A DNA stretch of 54,368 bases, counting the filler, from Anolis carolinensis (Eukaryota), in NCBI RefSeq assembly GCF_035594765.1. It is 3 parts of 3 records of this genome, joined end to end, with 100 filler letters (N's around TTAATTAATTAA, not from the genome) between each part and the next. Parts side by side here need not be neighbours in the genome. Positions count along the whole stretch, not along the records: positions 30,707 to 54,368 come from NW_026943847.1; 2 more parts are not named here. The stretch is one strand, 5' to 3'. The first letter of the stretch is position 1. The number at the start of each line of letters is the position of its first letter. Below are positions 37,610-48,781 of the stretch, one piece after another. Below the pieces are notes generated by a model. That model did not search any database and was not told the origin of the DNA. It saw only the letters and a list, made by a program, of their open reading frames with translations. The position numbers and the translations under genes are program-made.

Positions 37610-38563
37610 ATGAGTTGGAAGGAAACTTCAGGGAAGAATGAACTCGCAAACCTATGTGATCTGCTGGGAAAATCATTCAATACCGTCTTGCAACAGCTGG
37701 AAATACTGAACTTGAAACTTGACCATCTCTTCAAAGGAATTTCCCTGATTGTAAAAAATCCTTCTCCTACGGACATTATAACAACTATATCAACCAGGCC
37801 CATTAACATGAATAAGGAATTAAGTTCTCTGGAAGGCCGTGGGGGAATTAAGCCTAAGGAGGAGAAGGTAGTCGTCGGATCAGGCCTTGGAGTAACTAGA
37901 AAGGGGGGTGGGGCCTTATCTGGGGGAATGAGCATGGGGAGGATGGATAGGAAGGATACCAACAATGCCCTGCAGAAGCCGAATAATGAGCTGTCCTCTA
38001 AATTGGTTGAACAACCTTTGGATACTTCCTGCAATTCTCAACATCTTTTACGAACAAATAAGGTTGCAGTGGAAGTTTCAGACTCATTATTGAATAGAGG
38101 CAGGTGGACTTCTAAGCGAGCGGTCCAGATATCTCTCTCTCAAATTTTATCCATAAGCCGGTCGGAAGTGAAGATTAAGACTATCGACTGGCTTTGTAGG
38201 GAGTACCAATCCTGGAACCGCTCCCTGTGTCTTATCATCGGCTTGGAAGATAAAATATTAAGGGATAAATTGTATTTGTGTGGGCCTAAACTGCAACAGT
38301 GGGGCATCACTCTTAGGAGGGTGCTAGTAGACCCACTAATTCGCCCCTTGGACATCGGGCCGAGTATGGATGTTCAAGATTCCCCATTGCGAAGTCATGC
38401 TTGTTCTACCCCCCAGTCCCACAACAAGTCTCCACTCTTGTCTAGTCGGCTTACTATTCATGATGAGGCCAAATCAATCGATGCCTCTCTCCCAATAATG
38501 GAGAGAAGCTCCTTTTGTAAACAAACAAGCACTTTTGGAGGCTTTCCTTTCCAGGACAGTTGA
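37610..38563 (+). CDS. L2 ORF1 (317 aa, coiled-coil-like N-terminus)
   Basis: AUG-initiated open frame between the 5' UTR and ORF2; heptad-like LQQLEILNLKLDHLFKGI. Confidence 0.75.
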   Translation: MSWKETSGKNELANLCDLLGKSFNTVLQQLEILNLKLDHLFKGISLIVKNPSPTDIITTISTRPINMNKELSSLEGRGGIKPKEEKVVVGSGLGVTRKGGGALSGGMSMGRMDRKDTNNALQKPNNELSSKLVEQPLDTSCNSQHLLRTNKVAVEVSDSLLNRGRWTSKRAVQISLSQILSISRSEVKIKTIDWLCREYQSWNRSLCLIIGLEDKILRDKLYLCGPKLQQWGITLRRVLVDPLIRPLDIGPSMDVQDSPLRSHACSTPQSHNKSPLLSSRLTIHDEAKSIDASLPIMERSSFCKQTSTFGGFPFQDS

Positions 38564-41500
38564 CTAGTCCCGGCAACTGGCAATTCCGCCCAGTTTTTCC
38601 ATCAGGGGGAGGAGGGCTTGACTGGAGGTGGCTCCATTGAGGTGATATGGGGGAGGAGAAAGCACGGTCACCACCAACCCAGGAAGAAGCGCAACAGAGT
38701 TTTTGCGACCCTGGAGAGGATTAGGTGTGGTAGTCTTCAGGACAGACCCCCCAACCTTAAGGTCCTGCTTTTGAACGCCAGATCTGTCAATGGTAAAACA
38801 GCTGTCATCCAGGATTTGATCCTGGATGAGAGGGCAGATCTGGCATGCATTACCGAGACATGGCTGGATGAGCTGGGAGGTGTGAATCTTACCCAGCTGT
38901 GTCCTCCTGGTTTCGGGGTGCATCAACAGGCCAGAGTTGGGGGGCGGGGAGGAGGAGTTGCGGTGATCTTTCGGCAGTCCATCGCCCTGATCAGGTGCGC
39001 CGTTCCACAATCCCCGAGGTTCGAGTGTGTCTTCCTGAAGGTGGGAGCCCGAGACAGCTTGGGGATTCTGTTGGTGTACCGTCCACCCCGCGACCCAGCA
39101 GTCTCTCTGTCCGAGCTAGCAGAAGTGGTCTCCAATGCGGCCCTTGTCTCCCAACAACTGATAGTTTTGGGAGACTTTAACATTCATGCCGAGTCCACAT
39201 TGACAGGTGCAGCTCAGGATTTCATGGTTGTCATGACAACCATGGGGCTGTCTCAAGTTATATCAGGGCCCACACATCAGGCAGGACACACCTTGGACCT
39301 TGTTTTTGTTGTGGACGGTGGAACAGTCAGAGTGGAAGAGCAAAACATTCTTCCATTGTCATGGTCTGACCATCATCTGATCTGTTTAAGTATCGCCGTG
39401 CCTTCTAACCTCCGCAGGGGTGGTGGACCCATTAAGATGGTCCGCCCCAGGAGACTGATGGATCCGGATGGACTTCTGAGGTCTCTTGGGGATCTTCCTG
39501 TCCTGGAGACTGGCGATCCTGTCGATGTCCTGGTTGATCGCTATAATAGTGAGCTATCAAGGGCATTGGACACGATCGCTCCCGAACGTCCCCTCTCACT
39601 GCGTAGAGTCGCGTCGACTCCTTGGTTTACCGAGGAGTTGGCTGTGATGAAGCGTAGGAGGAGGGGACTAGAGTGCATCTGGAGGAAATCTCGGGACGTG
39701 TCCGACCAAGCACGGGCTAAAGCCGCTATTAAGGCGTACTCCGTGGCTCTGCGAGCAGCCAGGAAAGTTTTCACGACTGCCCGCATAGCGTCTGCAGCCA
39801 ACAGGCCATCGGAGTTGTTCCGAGTTGTGGGGGAGCTCCTGCGGCCTCCTGAGGTCCAGGGGCTTCCCGATGACTTGGCAACTGGGTGCAGCGATTTCGC
39901 GCACCACTTTGCAGGCAAAGTTGCTCAGATACGCCTTGAGCTAGACTCCAGCTCAATTGTGGTCTCAGCGGAGGTAACCGAGGTACCTGTCTGTTCGATC
40001 TTATGGGATTCTTTCCGGCTTGTTCTTCCTGATGACGTGGAGGGGATTCTTGGGTCTGTGAGGGCGACCACCTGCGCTCTGGATCCTTGTCCCTCTTGGC
40101 TGGTCAAGCTGGCCAAAGATGGGTTGTTGGATTGGTTTGTGACCATAATAAATGCTTCTTTGGTTCAGGGGTCGGTGCCATCCTACTTTAAGCAGGCGGT
40201 AGTAAAACCACTACTAAAAAAGCCTTCGCTTGACCCATCTATTTGTAACAACTACAGACCAATCTCCAACCTCCCGTTTTTGGGCAAGGTTCTGGAGCGG
40301 GTGGTTGCCACGCAGCTCCAGGAATTTCTCGATGACACTGATTTTCTGGACTGCTCGCAGTCTGGCTTCAGGCCTGGGCACAGTACCGAGACGGCTCTGG
40401 TCGCCTTGGTGGATGACCTCCGCAGGGAGCTGGACAGGGGGAGTGTGACCCTGCTGGTTCTCTTGGACATCTCAGCGGCTTTCGATACCATCGACCATGG
40501 TATCCTTCTGGGGAGGCTCGCCGGGATGGGGCTCGGTGGCACGGTTCTGCAGTGGCTCCGGTCCTTCCTGGAGGGTCGTTCCCAGATGGTGAAGCTGGGG
40601 GACACCTGCTCGGACCCCTGGCCATTGACCTGTGGGGTCCCGCAAGGGTCTATTTTATCCCCCATGCTATTTAACATCTACATGAAACCGTTGGGAGAGG
40701 TCATCCGGAGTTTTGGAGGGCGTTGCCATCTCTACGCAGATGACACGCAAATCCACTACTCATTTCCATCTAACTCCAAGGAAGCCCCTCGGATTCTGAA
40801 CCAGTGCCTGGCCGCTGTGGCGGACTGGATGAGGAGGAACAAGCTGAGGATCAATCCTGACAAGACAGAGGCCCTCCTGGTCAGTCGCCCATCTGATCGG
40901 GGTATTGGGTGGCAACCTGTGCTGGACGGGGTTGCACTCCCCCTGAAATCACAGGTCCGCAGTTTGGGGGTCCTCCTGGATTCAGCGTTGACGCTTGAGG
41001 CTCAGGTGTCAGCGGTGGCCGGGAGGGCTTTCGCACAACTCAAACTTGTGCGCCAACTGCGACCATACCTCGTGAAGTCTGACTTGACCACGGTGGTGCA
41101 TGCCTTAGTTACCTCTAGACTGGACTACTGTAATGCGCTCTACGTGGGGCTTCCCTTGAAGACGGCCCGGAAATTACAATTGGTCCAGCGCTCGGCAGCC
41201 AGATTAATAACAGGGGCGAGCTACAGGGAACGATCTACTCCCCTGTTTAAAGAGCTCCACTGGCTGCCGTTCACTTTCCGGTCCCAGTTCAAGGTGCAGA
41301 CCATCATCTATAAAGCCCTAAACGGTTTGGGACCCACCTACCTTAGGGACCGTATCTCCTACCATAAACCTGCTCGTTCCCTTCGTTCATCCGGGGAGGC
41401 CTTCCTTTCGCCACTGCCTCTGTCCCAGGCCCGTCTTGTGGGAACGAGGGAGAGGGCTTTTTCTGCTGTGGCCCCCCGACTGTGGAATTCTTTGCCCACT

Positions 41501-41581
41501 GAGATTAGGCAAGCCCCCACCTTGTTAGCCTTTAAGAAAGATCTAAAAACATGGCTTTTCCGATGTGCCTTTGGGGAGTAA
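38564..41581 (+). CDS. L2 ORF2 (APE endonuclease + RT), intact, no AUG before the endonuclease
   Basis: LLNARS, ITETWL, RGGGVA, YRPP, GDFN, SDH; YRPISNLPFLGK, LDISAAFD, GVPQGS, YADD, RLDYCN, LHWLP; open from the codon right after the ORF1 stop. Confidence 0.95.
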   Translation, partial: LVPATGNSAQFFHQGEEGLTGGGSIEVIWGRRKHGHHQPRKKRNRVFATLERIRCGSLQDRPPNLKVLLLNARSVNGKTAVIQDLILDERADLACITETWLDELGGVNLTQLCPPGFGVHQQARVGGRGGGVAVIFRQSIALIRCAVPQSPRFECVFLKVGARDSLGILLVYRPPRDPAVSLSELAEVVSNAALVSQQLIVLGDFNIHAESTLTGAAQDFMVVMTTMGLSQVISGPTHQAGHTLDLVFVVDGGTVRVEEQNILPLSWSDHHLICLSIAVPSNLRRGGGPIKMVRPRRLMDPDGLLRSLGDLPVLETGDPVDVLVDRYNSELSRALDTIAPERPLSLRRVASTPWFTEELAVMKRRRRGLECIWRKSRDVSDQARAKAAIKAYSVALRAARKVFTTARIASAANRPSELFRVVGELLRPPEVQGLPDDLATGCSDFAHHFAGKVAQIRLELDSSSIVVSAEVTEVPVCSILWDSFRLVLPDDVEGILGSVRATTCALDPCPSWLVKLAKDGLLDWFVTIINASLVQGSVPSYFKQAVVKPLLKKPSLDPSICNNYRPISNLPFLGKVLERVVATQLQEFLDDTDFLDCSQSGFRPGHSTETALVALVDDLRRELDRGSVTLLVLLDISAAFDTIDHGILLGRLAGMGLGGTVLQWLRSFLEGRSQMVKLGDTCSDPWPLTCGVPQGSILSPMLFNIYMKPLGEVIRSFGGRCHLYADDTQIHYSFPSNSKEAPRILNQCLAAVADWMRRNKLRINPDKTEALLVSRPSDRGIGWQPVLDGVALPLKSQVRSLGVLLDSALTLEAQVSAVAGRAFAQLKLVRQLRPYLVKSDLTTVVHALVTSRLDYCNALYVGLPLKTARKLQLVQRSAARLITGASYRERSTPLFKELHWLPFTFRSQFKVQTIIYKALNGLGPTYLRDRISYHKPARSLRSSGEAFLSPLPLSQARLVGTRERAFSAVAPRLWNSLPTEIRQAPTLLAFKKDLKTWLFRCAFGE

Positions 41582-41909
41582 ATGTAATATATTGCTCTGG
41601 CCATTCCCCTTGGTTTTTATCCTTTAGACTGCTCCACCATTTTATTTCCCTGTTTCCCCCTATTCCTATGTCTCTCTCTCCCGAGTTTTTAATTAAGTGT
41701 TCATGTGGCCCGCCCTGTTTTTTACTGTTTTCTCTGATTTGTGCTGTAATGTATATGATTATTTTGCACTGTTATATTGTGTTATGATATGTTGTTTTAT
41801 TTTGTTATATTGTATGGTGTCTGGGCATGGCCCCATGTAAGCCGCCCCGAGTCCCCATTGGGGAGATGGTGGCGGGGTATAAATAAAGTTTTATTATTAT
41901 TATTATTAT

Positions 41910-42347
41910 TACTACCAAGACCTGTTTCCTTTGAGGATTGACAGGGTCCCTTTTGTGCAAGACAGTGTGTATGTCCCGTGAAGAGTGTTCCTGTTGAAGT
42001 GAATCATGTAGGTGTAAAGTGTTGTCCTCCTCCTCAACATCCCCAGTGCATTCGTCAATGACAATCCATTGAGATACATCCGAGAGCCCATTACTCTCCC
42101 AAGGATGTTCCTGTTGCTCCTGGTCTACAATTGGGGATGGAGCATTTGCATGATTACATAAATGTGAATGTGGTGATGCACTGTCCCCGTCCGGGCTATC
42201 CCCTGCGCATTGATCAAGGGTGGCCCACTGAGTGGTATCTAAGAAACTGTGGTCCTCCACAAGATGTGTTTCCTGATTGTATGTTAATGGCGTTAGAATT
42301 TCAAATCTGTTGTGTAAATGCAGCTGAGCAGAGGAGTTCTGCGGAGG
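41910..42347 (-). pseudogene. CR1 ORF1 upstream part
   Basis: LHLHNRFEIL ... PQRKQVLVV joins in frame to GDSLLRG across the L2. Confidence 0.85.
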
Positions 42348-45045
42348 CCTTCCTTCCCTTCCCTTCCTTTGCCTTCTTTTCTCTTGTCCTCCCTTCCTTT
42401 TTCTCTTCTCTTCCCATATTTCTCTTTGCCTTATTTTCTCTTCCCCTTCCTTCCTTCCTTTCCCTTCCCTTGTCTTCTTTTCTCTTGTCCTCCCTTCCTT
42501 TTTCTCTTCTCTTCCCATATTTTCCTTTGCCTGCTTTTCTCTTCCCCTTCCTTCCTTCCTTTCCCTTCCCTTGTCTTCTTTTCTCTTGCCCTTCCTTCCT
42601 TTTTCTCTTCTCTTCCCATATTTCCCTTTGCCTTATTTTCTCTTCCCCTTCCTTCCTTCTCTTCCTTTGTCTTCTTTTCTCTTGCCCTTCCTTCCTTTTT
42701 CTCTTCTCTTCCCATATATTCCTTTGCCTTCTTTTCTCTTGCCCTTCCTTGCTTTTTCTCTTCTCTTCCCATATTTTCCTTTGCCTTATTTTCTCTTCCT
42801 CTTCCTTCCTTCCCTTCTCTTCCTTTGTCTTCTTTTCTCTTGCCCTTCCTTCCTTTTTCTCTTCTCTTCCCATATTTTCCTTTGCCTTATTTTCTCTTCC
42901 CCTTGCTTCCTTCCCTTCCCTTCCTTTGTCTTCTTTTCTCTTGTCCTCCCTTCCTTTTTCTCTTCTCTTCCCATATTTTCCTTTGCCTTATTTTCTCTTG
43001 CCCTTCCTTCCTTCCCTTCCCTTCCTTTTGTCTTTTCTCTTCCCCTTCCTTCTTTCCCTTCTCTTCCTTTGTCTTCTTTTGTCTTGTCCTTCCTTCCTTT
43101 TTCTCTTCTCTTCCCATATTTTCATTTGCCTCATTTTCTCTTCCCCTTCCTTCCTTCCCTTCTCTTCCTTTGTCTTCTTTTGTCTTGTCCTTCCTTCCTT
43201 TTTCTCTTCTCTTCCCATATTTTCATTTGCCTCATTTTCTCTTCCCCTTCCTTCCTTCCCTTCTCTTCCTTTGTCTTCTTTTGTCTTGTCCTTCCTTCCT
43301 TTTTCTCTTCTCTTCCCATATTTTCCTTTGCCTTATTTTCTCTTCCCCTTCCTTCCTTCCTTCCCTTCCTTTCTCTTCTTTTCTCTTGTCCTTCCTTCCT
43401 TTTTCTCTTCTCTTCCCATATTTCCCTTTGCCTTATTTTCTCTTCCCCTTCCTTCCTTCCCTTCCCTTGTATTCTTTTCTCTTGTCCTTCCTTCCTTTTT
43501 CTCTTCTCTTCCCATCTTTTCCTTTGCCTTATTTTCTCTTCCCCTTCCTTCCTTCCCTTCCTTTGTCTTCTTTTCTCTTGTCCTTCCTTCCTTTTTCTCT
43601 TCTCTTCCCATCTTTTCCTTTGCCTTATTTTCTCTTCCCCTTCCTTCCTTCCCTTCCTTTGTCTTCTTTTCTCTTCCCCTTCCTTCCTTCCCTTCCCTTC
43701 CTTTGTCTTCTTTTCTCTTGTCCTTCCTTCCTTTTTCTCTTCTCTTCCCATCTTTTCCTTAGCCTTATTTTCTCTTCCCCTTCCTTCCTTCCCTTCCCTT
43801 GTCTTCTTTTCTCTTGTCCTTCCTTCCTTTTTCTCTTCTCTTCCCATCTTTTCCTTTGCCTTATTTTCTCTTCCCCTTCCTTCCTTCCCTTCCTTTGTCT
43901 TCTTTTCTCTTGTCCTTCCTTCCTTTTTCTCTTCCCATCTTTTCCTTTGCCTTATTTTCTCTTCCCCTTCCTTCCTTCCCTTCCTTTGTCTTCTTTTCTC
44001 TTGTCCTTCCTTCCTTTTTCTCTTCTCTTCCCATATTTTCCTTTGCCTTATTTTCTCTTCCCCTTCCTTCCTTCCCTTCCTTTGTCTTCTTTTCTCTTGC
44101 CCTTCCTTCCTTCCTTTTTCTCTTCCCTTCCAATATTTTCCTTTGCCTTATTTTCTCTTCCCCTTCCTTCCTTCCCTTCCCTTCCTTTGTCTTCTTTTCT
44201 CTTGTCCTTCCTTCCTTTTTCTCTTCTCTTCCCATATTTCCCTTTGCCTTATTTTCTCTTCCCCTTCCTTCCTTCCCTTCCCTTGTATTCTTTTCTCTTG
44301 TCCTTCCTTCCTTTTTCTCTTCTCTTCCCATCTTTTCCTTTGCCTTATTTTCTCTTCCCCTTCCTTCCTTCCCTTCCTTTGTCTTCTTTTCTCTTGTCCT
44401 TCCTTCCTTTTTCTCTTCTCTTCCCATCTTTTCCTTTGCCTTATTTTCTCTTCCCCTTCCTTCCTTCCCTTCCTTTGTCTTCTTTTCTCTTCCCCTTCCT
44501 TCCTTCCCTTCCCTTCCTTTGTCTTCTTTTCTCTTGTCCTTCCTTCCTTTTTCTCTTCTCTTCCCATCTTTTCCTTAGCCTTATTTTCTCTTCCCCTTCC
44601 TTCCTTCCCTTCCCTTGTCTTCTTTTCTCTTGTCCTTCCTTCCTTTTTCTCTTCTCTTCCCATCTTTTCCTTTGCCTTATTTTCTCTTCCCCTTCCTTCC
44701 TTCCCTTCCTTTGTCTTCTTTTCTCTTGTCCTTCCTTCCTTTTTCTCTTCCCATCTTTTCCTTTGCCTTATTTTCTCTTCCCCTTCCTTCCTTCCCTTCC
44801 TTTGTCTTCTTTTCTCTTGTCCTTCCTTCCTTTTTCTCTTCTCTTCCCATATTTTCCTTTGCCTTATTTTCTCTTCCCCTTCCTTCCTTCCCTTCCTTTG
44901 CCATCTTTTCTCTTGTCCTTCCTTCCTTTTTCTCTTCTCTTCCCATATTTTCCTTTGCCTTATTTTCTCTTCCCCTTCCTTCCCTTCCTTTGTCTTCTTT
45001 TCTCTTGCCCTTCCTTCCTTTTTCTCTTCTCTTCCCATCCTTTCC
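42348..45045. repeat. 2.7-kb polypyrimidine/polypurine satellite (~75-85-bp units)
   Basis: TTTTCTCTTGTCCTTCCTTCCTTTTTCTCTTCTCTTCCCATATTTTCCTTTGCCTTATTTTCTCTTCCCCTTCC units. Confidence 0.97.
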
Positions 45046-45089
45046 ACTACCGAGAAGGAAGGCCCTGTCTCTCATCCCTGCCAATCATG

Positions 45090-45350
45090 CCAGCGAAGAG
45101 GGCGGGATTGAGAGCAGGGCCTCTCCAGACGGTCTTAGACTCCGAGATGGTTCATCAGGGGAGAGACGTTTGGACAGGTAACCCATCCAACACAGGCTGT
45201 GACCCTGTGCCCTGTTTGGCCTTGCGACTGACAAGGAAGACCTCTGCGTACAGATGACATTGAACTCCAAAACTTCAGATGATCTCTCCCAACGGCTTCA
45301 TGTTGATGTTACACAGCGTGGGAGACAGTATTGAACCCTGCGGGGATTCT
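45090..45350 (-). mobile_element. Degenerate L2 RT fragment
   Basis: PQGSILSPTLCNINMKPLGEII, CHLYA, QPVLDG. Confidence 0.75.
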
Positions 45351-46749
45351 GGCAAGGGATTCTGCTTTTCCTGCCTGGCAGAAGGGGGTTGGACTAGATG
45401 GCCCTCGTGGTCTCTTCCAAATATACTATTCTGTGAATCTCTGATTTGGGTAAGAAGGCAAGGGCCTAGAGAGATGGGGGGGGGGTCCTCTCTCTGGATG
45501 ACCCCAAAAAGGGGCTGGAGAGCGACCTGCGGAGGATGGTCTGGCTTGTGACGCTGCTTGGAGAGAATGGGGCTGGACTCCACGACCCACGGGATCAGTG
45601 GTTTCATGGCGAAAGAACACACATCTCCTCCTCCTCCTCCCAGTCAGTTTGGGTTGTGTGCTGAGGGGCTAATCATCTTCAGACCATGCAGGAATAAACC
45701 ACCAAAGCACCCCCAACAGATGGTCATACCATCTCAGCTTAAAAACCTCCAAAGGAGACTCTTATGGACTCCCGATAGGAGCAGACTCCACTACTGAACA
45801 GCTCTTACCTTCAGGAAATGCTTTCTGTTGTGTAGGTGAGGCCTGCACAACTAGTCAGTGTTAATGAGTGATGGAAGGAAAGGAGAAGCAGAGGAAAACA
45901 CACACACAAGACCCCTGCTAGACAGGCAGGTGAATTCAGTCCTCTCACGGCCTCCTCCAGCTATACAATGGGACAGACTGTCTCATAGGCAAGGAGTGGA
46001 TTCCAACCCCCAAAACACTGCAGAGTCCTGGTCACAGTTTCACAGCCTCTGGCCTTGTAAACTAGTTCGTCTCTTTGAATAAACACTCTTGAGTTCTGAC
46101 TTTCATCCAAAGTCCTTGGAGGTTTTATTCTTGATTTATTCACTACTTATAACTATTTACAGGTCTTCTCTTAATATACAAAGATACACAATAAGAACGA
46201 GTAAGGGCTGTTGGAGAGTGGCCTAGGCTGCCTCAGAGTGTGGTGGAGTGTCCTTCTCTGGAGGCTTCTCTGCAGAGGCTCTCTATCGGGAGTGCTTTGA
46301 TTGTGCCTTCCTGCATGGCAGGGGCAGGACGGGGTGGCCCTTGGGGGTCTCTTCCGGCTCTAGGGTCCTAGGAGTCCATTCCAGGAGGAGGCAACACGGG
46401 GTCTCATGGACACGCCTTTCCTCTCCGTCCACCTCTCATCCTGACCACGGCCAACCCTTTTGGGATCCAACATTTCCTTCCTGCCGAGGGAGAAGCCCTT
46501 CCTTCTTTCCTCCAAGTGAAACATACCCAGCTGTCTCTCTCCGCCCTTCTCTACATCCCGTCTCTGGAGATATTCTGACCTGTCAATATCCGTCTTGAAT
46601 TGTGGGACCGAGACCTGGAGACAGGGTCATTCCAGGTGAGTCTGACCAAAGCAGAAGAAAGGAGGCCGTGACTTCCTTGGATATAGACAGAATCCTCCTA
46701 TCGGGACAGCCTGGAATCACATTGGCTTTTATAGCTGCTACATCATAAT

Positions 46750-48760
46750 CTGTTTTTAAAAATAATTTATATTCAAAGACAAGAAAGAAAAACAAATGCA
46801 TATTTATACAAATTACAAATACATTTATTATTATTTTTTTTAAAATCGTACATCCTTTTACAGCAGCCACATTATATTCAGTACAATCTGCAATACATTA
46901 ACATTTGGCATCTACTGTTATTTTCACGCTTATACAGATTTCTTACCCTCACCACCGTGTTCCCTCCCCCAAGTCACTTTTTTATTTATCATCTGTCCAA
47001 AATTCCTTTTCATTCCCTCTTGAGGTAATTCTGTCTTTCTTTGTGAATCCTCTTCCACTACATTTTCTCCAGACATCATCACAACCACTTTGTTTCTAAA
47101 TCCCTCTCCACGTCAACCTATCATTTCTTCCCAGTTTCCATACTTCCTTATACCATTCTTCTATCTCTATATTTATTTCCCTTTTCCAATTCCTTGCTAT
47201 AAGCTGTCTTGCAATTGTTAATGCGTTTGTTATCGCATCTTTGTCCTCTTTTTCCAACTGTTTATTATTATATAATGAGAATAAAGCCATGCTAAGACTT
47301 CTTTCTATTTGAATGTTCATTGTGTCTTCTATCTCTCTTAATACTTTTCCCCAGAAATTATTTATATATTGACACTGCCACCACATATGTATGTATGTTC
47401 CCGATTCTTGGCATCCTCTCCAGCAATTGTTTGAGTAGTTTTTATTTATATTTCCTATTCTTATGGGTGTGAGGTACCATTTCCACATCAACTAAATAAT
47501 AATTTTCTTTAACACATATGGATATATTTTTCAAGTGTCTTTGTCCCCATAATTGTAACCCCTCTGTTTCATTGATTTTCATTCCTATATCTTCTTTCCA
47601 AATCTTCTTGAAGGTGTTATTCTTTACTTTTCCTTTGTTTTTTTCAATTAATATTTTAGAAATTTTACTGGATATTCCTTTCAAATTTTTATGTTCCTAA
47701 TCTTTTCTTTCTTCATTCCAACCTTTAGCCAATCCCCTATTTTATCTAAGTTTTTCCCCTTAATTTTTTTATCCATCATATATATTTTTTATTTTTTGAA
47801 AATGTCTTTTCCATTATAATTGGGGTTATTATTGAGCCATCTGTTATTAACTTTCTCCTGTATTTGTTCCATATTTCTAATGCATTACTCAACATTGGGT
47901 TCCCAGTTTACCTTATTTTTTTTTCTCATAAACTATTTTAAAACATATTCCGAATTTCTTCTTCCACTTTTCCTGAATCCATTATTAACTATTCTACATC
48001 CTCCTTTTCATCATTCCTTGTATAACCAATCTCAGTCTGTTTGCTTTATAATATTTTTTCATATGAGGAAGCGCTAATCCTTCTTCTTTTTGAGATCTGT
48101 TCTGTAACTTGTTTAGTCAATTTCTTTGACTGCCATTACAGTATTTATCATTTGTCCAAATGAGTCTCCTTTGGGGTGGAGAAAGGTGGGGTAGAAATGT
48201 TGCAAAGAAATAATGAATTCAACTCTTCTTCTGTAATCTGAAATGGCATTATAAATATAAGGTATATGTAAGTATAAAGTTTATCCTCAGAAGCATTTTC
48301 ATTTTTAGTATTGCTGTCTTTCCAAACCAAGATAGATGTGTATTAATTTTTTTGAACTATTTTCCTCAATGCTACTACATTTACCTCTTCTATTTCTTTT
48401 AAGTCCTTTGTTATACTTACTCCCAGGTATATTAATTTGTTCTTGATTCTAATTCCCGTATGGCTCTGTTCTATAAAGTCTTCTTTCTTTGTATAATATA
48501 AACCCGTTGTTTTCCCAAATATCTTTTAATGATCCTCTCTCCTATCCATTTGACCTACCCAGATATTTAATCAATAACAATGTGTCATCAGCAAATAAGC
48601 TCACCTTCTGCTTTTCCTTTATTCCTACACCTTCTACATTCTTACTTTTTGGATGGCGTTTGCAAATAATTCTATCACCATAGCAAATAAAATGGTTCTA
48701 ATCATCCTTTTATTCTACTTCCCATTCCAAATTAATTCATAATCTCACTTATTATCTGCC
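46750..48760 (-). mobile_element. Degenerate L1 ORF2 3' portion
   Basis: LFADD near 48590; CWRGC...HMWWQC C-terminal cysteine domain; many stops. Confidence 0.75.
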
Positions 48761-48781
48761 ATGCTACACAATCAAGGCATT

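Larger units (their letters stand above)
36498..41909 (+). mobile_element. Apparently full-length L2 LINE inserted into CR1 ORF1
   Basis: Monomer 5' UTR, ORF1, intact ORF2, 3' stem-loop TCCCC-ATT-GGGGA and (TAT)n tail; removing it restores CR1 KQVLVV/GDSLLRG. Confidence 0.93.

Noticed and set aside
42131-45257. Very long F/L/P/S-rich ORFs and reverse K/R/E-rich ORFs
   Set aside because: Artefacts of a pyrimidine satellite that rarely forms stop codons.
45859-46200. Possible solo LTR (TG start, AATAAA)
   Set aside because: No matching CA end with a target duplication could be defined.
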